Shown piece by piece: positions 18,670-28,311 of a stretch of DNA of 64,000 bases; position 1 is the first letter of the stretch, and each line of letters starts with the position of its first letter. The stretch is from a virus (taxonomy: Duplodnaviria > Caudoviricetes). The notes under the pieces were generated by a model, which was not told the origin of the DNA, made no database searches, and saw only the letters and a program-made list of their open reading frames with translations. Location: the IMG/VR virus record IMGVR_UViG_3300025924_000001, positions 32,001 to 96,000 of that record, one strand, 5' to 3'. The position numbers were made by a program, and so were the translations under genes.

Positions 18670-21570
18670 CTACTTGAAACCGGTCATCTTCTTCAGCTCC
18701 CGCCACGCAACTTCCCGCTGCATCGGGTCGGGGTCGTTCCGCCACTGGTGGTGCAGTGCCTGGAACACGGACTCCTGAGCGCGCTCCGCGCGGCTCACGG
18801 ACGGCAGCACCTCCGGTGCCACCGCCTTGTTGATCTGGTCGAACGCGACGCCGCGGTAGGGACCCACCGGGTCCGGCTGCTCGGCGAGCGCCTCCAGCTT
18901 CTTGCGGGTCTTCTTGAGGTCCTTCCGAAGGTCGGCGACCTCGGCGTCTCGGGCCGCGTTGACGTCGGCGACGGCCTTCGTGATCATCTCCTGGACGGTC
19001 ACGAGGTCGAGGGTGACGGCCTTGGTGACCTCGGTCGTGACGGTCTTCTCGGCCTCAACGACCTCGGTCGCCGCGGCCTCGACCCTCACCTTCTTGGGCT
19101 TGGCGGCCTTGGCCGCACCGGCACCGTGCGGTGCTGGGCCGCCGACCCCCACCGGCACCGGACGAGAGCCCGGCAGCGAGCCGCCGTAGGGGCTGCCGCT
19201 GGGCGCGGTTGGGCAGAGGTCGGGGAAGGTCTGCGCGATGTGGTCGTGCATGGCCAGCATGGCCTGCCGCGCGTTGTCCTTCATCGCGTTGGTGTAGTAG
19301 GTGCGGGTGGGGACGCCGGTCACCGACGGTGGGCTCACCGGTCGCATCGGGTTGCTGCCGCTCGCGGGTGTCTCGGAGGCGCGACCCGCGGTGAGGTAGC
19401 CGTGGTTGAACTGCGCCGCGGAGATCGACCCGAACGGGTTGGGCGCGGTGTTGGGGCCGCCGTGGCCCGGCGACGCGGCCTCGTGACCGGCCGTGACGAG
19501 CGGACGGTTGTAGGAGCGGCCGTTCATCGAGCCCGGGGCGGGGAAGGTGCCGGGACCGGGGTTCGCGTCGCGGAACTCCTTGTACAGCTCCGACTTCGCC
19601 TCGAGCAGGTAGCGCGGGTCGGTTCCCTTGAGGGTGACCACGTGCTGCCACAGGTCGTTCGCCTTGCGGGCCTGGTCGAGCGGCGCGGACGCGGCCATCT
19701 CGAAGGCCTTGCGCTGCCAGTGGTTCGGGTCGAGGCTGGACAGGTCGTAGCTGGGGTAGCTCTTCGCGACGTCGTCTGGGTGGAAGCACGGGCAGGTCAG
19801 GTCGTGCAGCACGCCGTAGTCCGCGGGAACGTTGAGCATCTTCAGCCGCATCGACGCCGAGCCCTCGTGGTCGCCGGGGAAGATGAGGTCCGCGGTCTTC
19901 ACGCTCGAGTCGGGAACGGTGGGCAGCTTCGCGTCGTGCTCGAGGGCCTCGATCGCGGGGCCGTCCGGCTCGCGGTGCGCCGGCACCGGGTCGGCGTCCT
20001 CGGTCTCCTCGACGCCGTCGGTGGGCGTCGCCTTCTTCTCGGCCTTCACCTTCTTGCCCTTGTGGCTCGCCCGGATCTTGCCGCCGGTGGCCTCGTCGTC
20101 ATCCCCACCGTCGCCGTTCTCACCGCCGGCGGCCTTGACCTTGCTGTCCGCCTCCGGCAGGTAGCCGGGGTGGGCCTTGCCGCAGGACGGGCAGAACTTC
20201 TCGCCCTTGTCGAGCTGGTAGCCGCAGCCGAGGCACGTGAAGTCGTGGTTCTTCTTGACCGCGAGCGCGCCCTTGAGCTTGCCGCCGCACTCGGGGCAGA
20301 AGTTGTGCTCGGCGTGCAGGTTCGCCCCACAGCCGGGGCACATGACCTTGTCCTTCTTCTCGACGGTGACGACCTTCTCGACGGTCGGCTCGACGGCCTT
20401 CTCGCCGTCGTCGCACTTCTCCGTCTCGTTCTCGTCCTCGTCGTCGGCCTTGGCGCTGCCGGCGCCGCCGGTCCCGGCACCGGCGGTGCCGCCGCCGGCC
20501 TCACCCGCGCCGGCGCTGCCGCCGCTCGTGCCGCTGCCGCCACCGGTGGAGCCGGCCTTCGCCTCGTCGGGCTCCTCGTCCTTCGTGGCGTCCGGCTCGT
20601 CCATGGTCTTCGCCTCGGTGACGTCGTCCTCGACGGTGTCGACGTCGATCACCTTCTCGCTGTCGCTCATGCCGAGCTCCTTCTTCCAGCTCTCGGGGAG
20701 CCGGGCCACGAAGGCGGCACCCTTGCGTCGGGCGATGCGAATGATGCTGCTCTTCAGGTCCTCGGGCGACTTGTTGTCGTCGCCGGCGCGGCCGATCGAG
20801 GTCGCGGCGTCGTGCACGTCCTGAGGGGTGACGATGGGGAAGGAGCGGTCGGTGCCCGCGAAGTCACCGGCGGGGATCGCGTCGCGATCGGTGCCGCCAC
20901 CCACGTTGGGGTCCACGTCGCGCTTCACGACGCCCTCGTGACCGGTGAGTGCCTTAGCGACGTCGGCCGGGGTGACGCGCTCACCCTCGTACGTGACGCC
21001 GCGCTTCACGACGATCTCGGTGACGTCGCCCAGCATCTTGCCCACGAACTCGGGGTCACCGTCGGCGCCGGCGGCCTTCACGAGCTGGAACTTCGAGTTG
21101 AAGTTGCTGCCGCGGTCGACGAGGCTGATCTCACTGATCTTGGTGAGGCCGTCGCGGCGGCCGCGGATGATGCCGTTCATGGCCTTGCCGGTGGGGTCCG
21201 GCACGATGTCCGGGTGCGTGATGCCCACCGAGTAGCAGGTCAGGACGCCCTTGCGAACGAGCTCCTTGGCCACGGGCTCCACGACGAGGGACTTGACCCA
21301 GTGCCCGTCGGGGGTCGCCTCCACCTCGAGGCCCCTGCCGGCCGGGTCCCGGCGAGCCTGGTGCTGCACCCGCACGTTGCCGCCGGTCTCGAGCCACTCG
21401 TGGATCGCCTTCGCGGACCAGTCCTGGTCGACGATCTGCAGGTCGCTGTCGACGGTGCCGTCGGTGGCCTTGCCGTAGACGATGAGGTCGCCGTCGGCCG
21501 TCTCCTCGGTCTTCTCGATGGGGAACGAGAAGTAGGTCAGCTCGCCGTCGGGGGTGAGGGTTGCGGCCAC
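18670..21570 (-). CDS. Prohead protease fused to zinc ribbons and scaffold-like region
   Basis: YGKATDGTVD, QH, YSVG, EISLVDRGSN (HK97 protease motifs); four CxxC motifs in tandem; C-terminal coiled coil. Confidence 0.8.
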   Translation of the reverse strand: MAATLTPDGELTYFSFPIEKTEETADGDLIVYGKATDGTVDSDLQIVDQDWSAKAIHEWLETGGNVRVQHQARRDPAGRGLEVEATPDGHWVKSLVVEPVAKELVRKGVLTCYSVGITHPDIVPDPTGKAMNGIIRGRRDGLTKISEISLVDRGSNFNSKFQLVKAAGADGDPEFVGKMLGDVTEIVVKRGVTYEGERVTPADVAKALTGHEGVVKRDVDPNVGGGTDRDAIPAGDFAGTDRSFPIVTPQDVHDAATSIGRAGDDNKSPEDLKSSIIRIARRKGAAFVARLPESWKKELGMSDSEKVIDVDTVEDDVTEAKTMDEPDATKDEEPDEAKAGSTGGGSGTSGGSAGAGEAGGGTAGAGTGGAGSAKADDEDENETEKCDDGEKAVEPTVEKVVTVEKKDKVMCPGCGANLHAEHNFCPECGGKLKGALAVKKNHDFTCLGCGYQLDKGEKFCPSCGKAHPGYLPEADSKVKAAGGENGDGGDDDEATGGKIRASHKGKKVKAEKKATPTDGVEETEDADPVPAHREPDGPAIEALEHDAKLPTVPDSSVKTADLIFPGDHEGSASMRLKMLNVPADYGVLHDLTCPCFHPDDVAKSYPSYDLSSLDPNHWQRKAFEMAASAPLDQARKANDLWQHVVTLKGTDPRYLLEAKSELYKEFRDANPGPGTFPAPGSMNGRSYNRPLVTAGHEAASPGHGGPNTAPNPFGSISAAQFNHGYLTAGRASETPASGSNPMRPVSPPSVTGVPTRTYYTNAMKDNARQAMLAMHDHIAQTFPDLCPTAPSGSPYGGSLPGSRPVPVGVGGPAPHGAGAAKAAKPKKVRVEAAATEVVEAEKTVTTEVTKAVTLDLVTVQEMITKAVADVNAARDAEVADLRKDLKKTRKKLEALAEQPDPVGPYRGVAFDQINKAVAPEVLPSVSRAERAQESVFQALHHQWRNDPDPMQREVAWRELKKMTGFK

Positions 21571-21585
21571 ACGGCTTCCTTTCCG

Positions 21586-24500
21586 TCAGTCCGTCGTCTT
21601 GTTGAGGTGATCGCTGCCGTGGTGAATCTGGAACGAGTGCGCCTCGTCCCACGGCCCGACCACGGAGTGGACGGTGCCGACGTACGCGTTGAGGGGCTTG
21701 CCGAGGCGCTGGGCGGCCAGGGCGCGGTGGTGACCGTCGATCACCTTGAGCTTGGGGTCACCGGGGGTGTCGACGAGGATCGCGGGGTGCAGGGTTTCGC
21801 CGGCCCTCAGTCGCTCCACGAAGCGGTCGACGGCGGCGGCCTCGTGGTGAGCCGCCCACCGAGCCTCGTTGCTGAAGTCGAGCAGGCTCGTGGGGACGTC
21901 GGTGGGGCCAACCCACCTCGCGTCGTCAACCCACGCGTAGCCCTCAGCGCTGAAGTTCCGGCTCATCAAGGCCGCGACCTCGTCGGCGGTCGCCGATCGC
22001 GTCCCATCCAGGTAGGTGTCTCGACCCAGCGCGCTGAGCACGAGCTGCAGGTCGTCACGGAGCTCGGCGCGAACCGAGGGGTTGTCGACCAGGTGAGCCG
22101 GGTCCCACCACGCGAGCGCCTCAACCTGGTCCCCGTCGGGGTCGTCGGGGTTGGTGACGCGGTCGCGGCCGTCGAAGATCGGCACGTCGGCCTCGGACGC
22201 AACCTCGTAGACGAAGCCCAGCCAGCGACCGCTCTCCGTTCCCCAACCGGGAACGAACCGCCCGACGGGGAGGACGCAGCCGGTCTCCTCCTGCCACTCC
22301 CGAACCGCGGCGCTGCGCGGCTGCTCACCGGGTTCCAGGCAGCCGCCGGGAAACTCCCACGTGCCGGCGGCCCGGTCGGGCGGCTCAGTTCCGACGAGGT
22401 CGGACACGCTCTGGTCACCGTAGGGCACGTCGTGGCTGATGGAGCCGTCGGCGTGGGACCACCAGTCACCGCTGTCCAGCCCCCACGCGAGCGGCAGACC
22501 GCAGGGGCAGTGCGTGGGACCAACCGCGCGCTGCAGCATGAGCACGCGACCGGTGTCGGCGGCGCGCACCGCGAGCCCGGCGGCGACGCAGGCGCCCTTG
22601 GTCGCGGTGCGACCCTCCCACCGGTCGCACACGTCGATCAGGTCGATCGAGCCCCACACGAGGTCGCACTCGTGGGTGTCGAGGTGGAACATCACGCAGG
22701 TGCCGCAGGATCGAGCGCGGCTCTCAGCCGGCCGGTAGTGAACCGACTCCTTGGACACCTTGACGCGCTTGCCGAGATCGCTCACGCTCGGCGCGCGGCC
22801 CCGGTCGTTCACGTCACCGGGAACGTCGCTGATCGCGGCCTGGCCGGCGCCGTGGCCACCCTGCGGCCAGTAGCCAGTGGGTCGCGCGTCGACGTCGGTT
22901 TGGTGGCCCTGGGTCAGGGGTACCCGGTCGTCGCGACCGCCGGAGGGGTGATGCGCTTGAGATCGGTCGGAACCATCGTAGAAGCCACCCATGTAGCCGT
23001 TGGGCGGCTGTGAGGTCCACCGTGGGGGCTCACCCCCGGCCGTGCCTCCCGGGACCCCACCGGGCACCTCGGTGCCGTCTCCCAGGTGCCGGACCGGGGA
23101 TCGACCGCCGCCGCCGGCCGCGTTGAGCGGCACGGCCGAGTCGATCCAGCTCTCCTGACCGTTGAGGCTGACCACGCGGCGGGTCGCCTTGACCACGCGG
23201 ATCGCGTCGTCGATCTCCAGGCCCTCAGCCAGGTGCTGAGCGATGCGAGCGAGCGCCGCCTGGTTGACGTTCCGCGGCACCCACGTGCTGACCTGCCGGC
23301 CCTTCTTGACGTGACGGCTCAAGGCCTCGAGCTCGCTGCTCACGGCCTTCGCGAGGGACGCCGCGTCCGCCTTCTTTGCGGGCGCGGCGGCCTGCGGCTT
23401 GGCCGCGGAGCGCGGCGGCGTCTTCTGGTCGCCGGTCGCCGAGGCGTGACCCGGCGTCTCGGGGTGCTGCGGTGCCGCTGCCTGGGTCGGAACGTCGGCC
23501 TGGCCGGTGCTCTGGGTCTGGGCGGTGCCGGTCGCGGTGACCGGCAGCTCCGGCTTCAGGCCCGACAGGGAGAGCTGGCCGGGGTCGCCGACACCGGGCT
23601 CGTCGGTCGTGCCAGCGGTGACCGCACCGAACGGCACGGGACCGTTCTTGCTGAGGAAGACGGGGCCGCTCGTCTCCGGTAGGCCCCACGGTTGCAGGTT
23701 GAGCTTGTCGCGGGCCTCGTCGACGCTGCGCAGCCCGTTCTCGACCTGCTTGATGAGCAGGTCGGTGATGAGGGCCTCGTCCTCCTCCGCCTCGAGGCCC
23801 TCGAAGACGAACTGCATGTCGTCCTGGCCACAGACGTACTCGAGGATGTTGTTGATGATGTCCGCGATGAACATGAGCGTCGGCTTGGTTGCCTTGCGCT
23901 CGCCCACGTTCTCGGCCATCTTCGCCATCTGGTGGGACGCGCCGGGCGACATCGACGTGCTGACCTTGGGGGCGATGCCCAGCTCCATGGGCATGATGTC
24001 GAACGCCATGCAGACCTGGGTCATGACGATCTCGTCGAACGCGTCGGCGAGCTGGACGCCGCGCTGCGGCTCCACCTTCGTCCCCGGCGGCAGAACAATG
24101 ATCTTATGGTGCCAGGCGGGGTCGCCGGCGAACGCGTTGAGCGCGTCCTGCAGCTCCCGAATCTGGTTCGGCGTCATGTTCTCGTCGCCGGGCGACATGT
24201 AGACGGCCGGGACGGTGCCCTCACGGAAGTAGTCGAGCTGGTAGCCCTGCTTCTGCAGCCCGGACAGAACGGGGATCATCGCGCGTTCGATGGGCGGGAA
24301 GCCGTACGGCGTCCACCGGCGAGGAACCATCGGCACATACAGCAGCTGGTCGCCCCGGAACTGACCGACCTCGCTGCCGCGGAGGCCGCCATCCTGGATG
24401 TCCATGTCCGTCAGCATTTTGATGAAATCGCTGCGGGGGACGCCGTAGAGGTACTGCTGGTAGGCCGGCGCCGGCGGAGCCGGGTAGCCGCCGTGCATGT

Positions 24501-25212
24501 CGTAGAGCGGGCGGATGGTCGGGCCGCTGATCAGGTTCAGGCTGTCGAGGTCGCTGCCGAGCAGGCCCTTCCGCATGCCACGGCCGCGCTTCGGCCGGAG
24601 GAACAGGGACAGGGCGTCGAACACGAACACCTCCTCGAGGAAGGCGTCGATGAACGTGCTCCAGCTGTAGTAGTCCGGGTCGGGCCGCTTGAAGAACTTC
24701 TTGGCCTTGGCGCGGCGCTCACCGAAATCCTTGAACCACGCCTTGTCGCCGCGGTTTGCCTTGGCGGCCTCCTGCGTGGGCAGGATGTCCCACTCGAGGC
24801 CGCGGATCTCCGACTTGCGAAGCTGAATGCAGGCCCGGGCCACGGAGTAGAGATCGGCGAGGGTCCGCAGGGTACTGAAGCTAGCGAGCTTGAGGCCCTC
24901 CGAGCCGGGCGTGCCGACGGGGAGGTTCCACCCGACGCGGTACTCCTCGCGGCGAGGGTCGGCGCGGCCGGACGCGGGATCCGGCTCGTCGACCGGCACC
25001 GGCAGGATCGGGCTGAACGGCCCGAACGCGCCCTGCGTGAAGGTCGCGGTTGGCCGTGGCAGGAAGCCGGCGTAGGCGTTGGCGTAGCCGTGCTGGTCAG
25101 CCAGCTGCATCGCGAGCGGTGAGATCGCGCCGGTGCCCTGCGGCGGTGGCGTGGGTCGGGCGCCGCCGGGTGAGTACCGCGCGGCGCGCAGGATGGACCT
25201 AGTTGACGCCAC
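21586..25212 (-). CDS. Portal protein with C-terminal HiPIP-like, Nudix and ParB/Srx-like domains
   Basis: Portal motifs (VARACIQLR, YGFPPIE, YFREGTVP, SVDEARDKLNL); Nudix box GGCLEPGEQPRSAAVREWQEETG; VIDGHHRALAA. Confidence 0.85.
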   Translation of the reverse strand: MASTRSILRAARYSPGGARPTPPPQGTGAISPLAMQLADQHGYANAYAGFLPRPTATFTQGAFGPFSPILPVPVDEPDPASGRADPRREEYRVGWNLPVGTPGSEGLKLASFSTLRTLADLYSVARACIQLRKSEIRGLEWDILPTQEAAKANRGDKAWFKDFGERRAKAKKFFKRPDPDYYSWSTFIDAFLEEVFVFDALSLFLRPKRGRGMRKGLLGSDLDSLNLISGPTIRPLYDMHGGYPAPPAPAYQQYLYGVPRSDFIKMLTDMDIQDGGLRGSEVGQFRGDQLLYVPMVPRRWTPYGFPPIERAMIPVLSGLQKQGYQLDYFREGTVPAVYMSPGDENMTPNQIRELQDALNAFAGDPAWHHKIIVLPPGTKVEPQRGVQLADAFDEIVMTQVCMAFDIMPMELGIAPKVSTSMSPGASHQMAKMAENVGERKATKPTLMFIADIINNILEYVCGQDDMQFVFEGLEAEEDEALITDLLIKQVENGLRSVDEARDKLNLQPWGLPETSGPVFLSKNGPVPFGAVTAGTTDEPGVGDPGQLSLSGLKPELPVTATGTAQTQSTGQADVPTQAAAPQHPETPGHASATGDQKTPPRSAAKPQAAAPAKKADAASLAKAVSSELEALSRHVKKGRQVSTWVPRNVNQAALARIAQHLAEGLEIDDAIRVVKATRRVVSLNGQESWIDSAVPLNAAGGGGRSPVRHLGDGTEVPGGVPGGTAGGEPPRWTSQPPNGYMGGFYDGSDRSQAHHPSGGRDDRVPLTQGHQTDVDARPTGYWPQGGHGAGQAAISDVPGDVNDRGRAPSVSDLGKRVKVSKESVHYRPAESRARSCGTCVMFHLDTHECDLVWGSIDLIDVCDRWEGRTATKGACVAAGLAVRAADTGRVLMLQRAVGPTHCPCGLPLAWGLDSGDWWSHADGSISHDVPYGDQSVSDLVGTEPPDRAAGTWEFPGGCLEPGEQPRSAAVREWQEETGCVLPVGRFVPGWGTESGRWLGFVYEVASEADVPIFDGRDRVTNPDDPDGDQVEALAWWDPAHLVDNPSVRAELRDDLQLVLSALGRDTYLDGTRSATADEVAALMSRNFSAEGYAWVDDARWVGPTDVPTSLLDFSNEARWAAHHEAAAVDRFVERLRAGETLHPAILVDTPGDPKLKVIDGHHRALAAQRLGKPLNAYVGTVHSVVGPWDEAHSFQIHHGSDHLNKTTD

Positions 25213-25402
25213 CGGTGACCCCCGTCTCAGCCTCGGCCCAGAGCTCGCGCTGCAGCCGTCGCGCCGTGACCTTGACCTCGTTCTTGAGCGCCTTCGCGCT
25301 CGCGTACCCCAGCGCCCTCGCGATCTCGGCCCACGTGGCGCCCCGCTCCTGCGCGTCGTTGATCAGGCGCAGCTTGAGCATGAGCTCGTCACGTGGGGTC
25401 AC
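25199..25402 (-). CDS. Small HTH protein
   Basis: AQERGATWAEIARALG. Confidence 0.6.
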   Translation of the reverse strand: MTPRDELMLKLRLINDAQERGATWAEIARALGYASAKALKNEVKVTARRLQRELWAEAETGVTGGVN

Positions 25403-25412
25403 GGGGCTCCTC

Positions 25413-26183
25413 TCACGAGCAGTAGGCGTAGAACGTGGGGCCGATCGCGGTGGGCGCGATGTAGGTGGTCGTTCCCACGGTTCCGGGCGTGCTCAACCCG
25501 GTGCTGCTGGTGCCGCCGAGCAGCGGCGTCGGCACGTTGGCGCCGGTGATGAACTGAGCTGAGGGGCTGAACGTGGGCGCGAGGACGCTCGGCCTCGTCC
25601 CGGAGAAGTTGAACATGAGCCCGATGTAGTGCTGACCCGTCGTGCGAGACTGGTATTGGCTGGCGAGTGCGAGCTTGTACCACGTGTTCGCGGCGACCGG
25701 CGTCGTCAGCTGGTCCGCGGTCACGGCCCGCAGCTGATAGGACGAGTTGAGGATGCAGGCCCACCAGTTGAGGGGACCGACGCCGGAGGTTGAGCCGGTG
25801 CAGAACCCGATGTTGCTCAGGGTCATGCCGGCGGTGAGGGTGATCGACATGAGGTACAGGGTGGCGTTGTTGGGGGTGCTCGGCACGCCGACCGTGTAGC
25901 GGTGGCAGGTCTCGGTGATCGCACCCGGCGTCGGCGCGGACTGATCGAGCGAGGGTGACTGCATCGTGTAGACGGCGCCGGTGCTGTCCTTGACGAACAG
26001 GCCGCCGCCGTACGCGAAGACCACGCTTCCATCCGGCGTGCCAGGCTGGGTCGGCAGGTTCGGCAGGTAGTGCTGCTGCGAGGTGAAAGCGGTGCCCGGT
26101 CGCACCTGAACGTCGTTGTCGAACCAGGTTCCCGACTTGATGAGCTGCGTGCCGGGAGGCGCGCTGCTGTCGGCTCCGCTCAC
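25413..26183 (-). CDS. Beta-rich putative virion protein
   Basis: 256 aa, Thr/Gly/Ser rich; C-terminal part resembles the C-terminus of 26524-27924. Confidence 0.55.
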   Translation of the reverse strand: MSGADSSAPPGTQLIKSGTWFDNDVQVRPGTAFTSQQHYLPNLPTQPGTPDGSVVFAYGGGLFVKDSTGAVYTMQSPSLDQSAPTPGAITETCHRYTVGVPSTPNNATLYLMSITLTAGMTLSNIGFCTGSTSGVGPLNWWACILNSSYQLRAVTADQLTTPVAANTWYKLALASQYQSRTTGQHYIGLMFNFSGTRPSVLAPTFSPSAQFITGANVPTPLLGGTSSTGLSTPGTVGTTTYIAPTAIGPTFYAYCS

Positions 26184-26524
26184 GGTTCCTCGGTCTCCTC
26201 GCTGGGATCGTCGACGTCCTCGGGATAGACCACGCGGCTCGCGTCCCAGGTCGGCCAGTACGTGAACTCGGTGACGTCACCGTCGCCGTTGAGCTTGCCG
26301 CTCGCGAGCCTGGGGCACGCGGGGGTTGAGGAGCCGGCGTGGATGCCGGCGCAGAAGCGGCAGAGGCCGCCGTCGGCGGCGACCTTCTCGAGCTCCTCGC
26401 GCTCAGCCCGGCTGATCGGCAGGCGAGGTTGGCTGCCGAGCAGGCGCTGTGCGCTGCTGACCGCGGCGAGCGCGGCGAGGTCGAGCTGCGAGTGCGGTGA
26501 GGGGCTCGCGCCGGGCATCGTCAT
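26180..26524 (-). CDS. Hypothetical protein
   Basis: ATG overlaps upstream TGA; CRFCAGIH...CPR motif. Confidence 0.55.
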   Translation of the reverse strand: MTMPGASPSPHSQLDLAALAAVSSAQRLLGSQPRLPISRAEREELEKVAADGGLCRFCAGIHAGSSTPACPRLASGKLNGDGDVTEFTYWPTWDASRVVYPEDVDDPSEETEEP

Positions 26525-27924
26525 CAGTACGCTCCCACGAGGGGAATGAAGCCGGTGTTGGTGCCGACGCTGGTTGGGTTGAATGACGCCGGTAAACCAG
26601 ACTGGCCGTTGAGATAGAACGAGCGACGGTTGCCGGCGTTGCTGACGCCGAGGCCGAGCCACGGGGCGTTGAGGTCGTTGGCGCCGAGCGCGTACGGGAC
26701 GTTGACGCCCGTGAAGCCACCGAGGATGTAGAGGATGTAGACGAAGCGGCCGGTTCCCTGCGCGGCGACCGTGGTGATGCCGCCGCTGGTCCAGCCCGCG
26801 AGGTTCCACAGGTTGTTGTCGTTGGGCGACACCTGCAGCTGCGTGCCGCTGTCGTTGTAGATGCCGAGCTGGTTGGGCACCGCGGAGGAAGAGTAGGTGC
26901 CACCGGTCCGCACGGCCGCGACGAGCGTTGACAGCGCGGTGTTGGCCGGCACGTAACACCGCGCACCGAAGACGGTGCCGCTGGCGAGACCGGAGATGTT
27001 CTGGAACAGCATCGGGTCATCGCTCGCGGTCAGCAGGCCATAGCCGCTGAGGGGGTAGACGGGTCCACCGGCCGCGGCTGGTGCGGCCCACTTGACGCCG
27101 ACGGTCTGAGCGGCGTCCGCGGTGAGGACGAAGGTGTCGGTGCCGACCGGGAGGTGGACGGGCGCGCCGCCACTGATCGCGACGATCAGGTCACCCTTGG
27201 CGGTGAGGAGCGTGTTCTCGATGGCGTTGACGATGCGGCTGTCGTTGCCGGCCGCCACGGTTCCACCCGTGGTTCCCACGTTCAGGGTTGCGGCCCCACC
27301 GAGCCCCAGGCTGCCTCGGGCCCCGGTGACGCTGACGACGTCCGACAAGTTGTTGGCTGCCTGCAGGGACCCAGTGATGCGAGAGTCGTTCCCGGCTGCG
27401 ACCGTCCCAGCGGTCGTACCGACGCTCAACACCGCAGCGCCGCCGAGACCGAGGTTCGCGCGAGACCCGCTCGGACTGGCCACGTCGGACAGGTTGTTCG
27501 CGGCCTGGAGCGCGCCAGTGATGCGGCCGTCGTTGCCGGCGGCCGCAGTGCTCGAGCTCGTGCCGAGCTGGTAGAGCTGGTACCAGATCGCGGCGTTGGT
27601 CACGACGCTCTCGGCGACGAAGTACGCGGACGTGCTCGTGTTGAGCCACACCGACGTGATCGAGTAGCCCTGGGTGCCGTCGTCCGTCGCGGTGGGGTTT
27701 CGCGTCGCGGTGAAGTTGTTCTGAACGCCACTTCCGCCGCCGAACGGGGTGGGTGCCGGCCAGGCGCCGTTGGCCTTGGGACCATAGAACACGGACGTGT
27801 TGGACGTGTTGAGGTAGAAGTCGCCGTTGAAACCGAGCGAGTTGCTGGGGGCTCCCACCCCGGACAGCCAGCCGGTGCCGCGGGGACCGGAGGTGCCAGC
27901 GGTCGTGATGGTGACGTTGACCAC
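26524..27924 (-). CDS. Tail-fibre-like repeat protein
   Basis: Repeats of AAGNDxRI and [10 protein letters not shown]...R..LGLG, G.GAP...G.NGDFYL motif, KGDLIVA repeat. Confidence 0.7.
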   Translation of the reverse strand: MVNVTITTAGTSGPRGTGWLSGVGAPSNSLGFNGDFYLNTSNTSVFYGPKANGAWPAPTPFGGGSGVQNNFTATRNPTATDDGTQGYSITSVWLNTSTSAYFVAESVVTNAAIWYQLYQLGTSSSTAAAGNDGRITGALQAANNLSDVASPSGSRANLGLGGAAVLSVGTTAGTVAAGNDSRITGSLQAANNLSDVVSVTGARGSLGLGGAATLNVGTTGGTVAAGNDSRIVNAIENTLLTAKGDLIVAISGGAPVHLPVGTDTFVLTADAAQTVGVKWAAPAAAGGPVYPLSGYGLLTASDDPMLFQNISGLASGTVFGARCYVPANTALSTLVAAVRTGGTYSSSAVPNQLGIYNDSGTQLQVSPNDNNLWNLAGWTSGGITTVAAQGTGRFVYILYILGGFTGVNVPYALGANDLNAPWLGLGVSNAGNRRSFYLNGQSGLPASFNPTSVGTNTGFIPLVGAY

Positions 27925-27936
27925 CCGTGGTCCTCC

Positions 27937-28311
27937 CTAGGGCTGCGCGACCGTGCGGCCGTAGAAGACGCCGGCGACGAGCGCCGTGGCGTCGCTCAGG
28001 TTGGGGTCCATCCAGAGCGTGTAGCTCGCGCCGTACTCCGAGAGCAGGTTGGTCGCCGTGGGGGTCAGAACGACCTGCAGGGTCGACGTGCTGCTCGTGA
28101 CGGTGATCGTGCCGGCGCTCGTGGAGGCGGTGCTGTTGACGAGGAAGACGGTTGCGCCGGACTGGTTGCTGCGAACGACGAGCTCAAACGTCTTGTTGGT
28201 GATGTTCGTCAGGGAGCCGTCGTCGTTGGTGACCTGGTAGCTCTGCGCCCACTGCGAGCCGATGGGTGCGATGGCCTGGAAGAAGTTGGGCAGGGGAGCC
28301 GGCTGGGTCAC
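27937..28311 (-). CDS. BppU-like/Ig-like virion protein
   Basis: SYQVTNDDGSLTNITNKTFELVVR...GTITV...LTPTAT pattern; GTGA overlap with terL. Confidence 0.5.
   Translation of the reverse strand: MTQPAPLPNFFQAIAPIGSQWAQSYQVTNDDGSLTNITNKTFELVVRSNQSGATVFLVNSTASTSAGTITVTSSTSTLQVVLTPTATNLLSEYGASYTLWMDPNLSDATALVAGVFYGRTVAQP

Noticed and set aside
18433-23013. 1526-aa plus-strand ORF and similar long antisense ORFs (4813-6618, 16866-18659, 32876-34567, 61190-63505)
   Set aside because: Shadow frames of high-GC genes on the opposite strand; no motifs, and the opposite strand has clear protein families or coupled genes.
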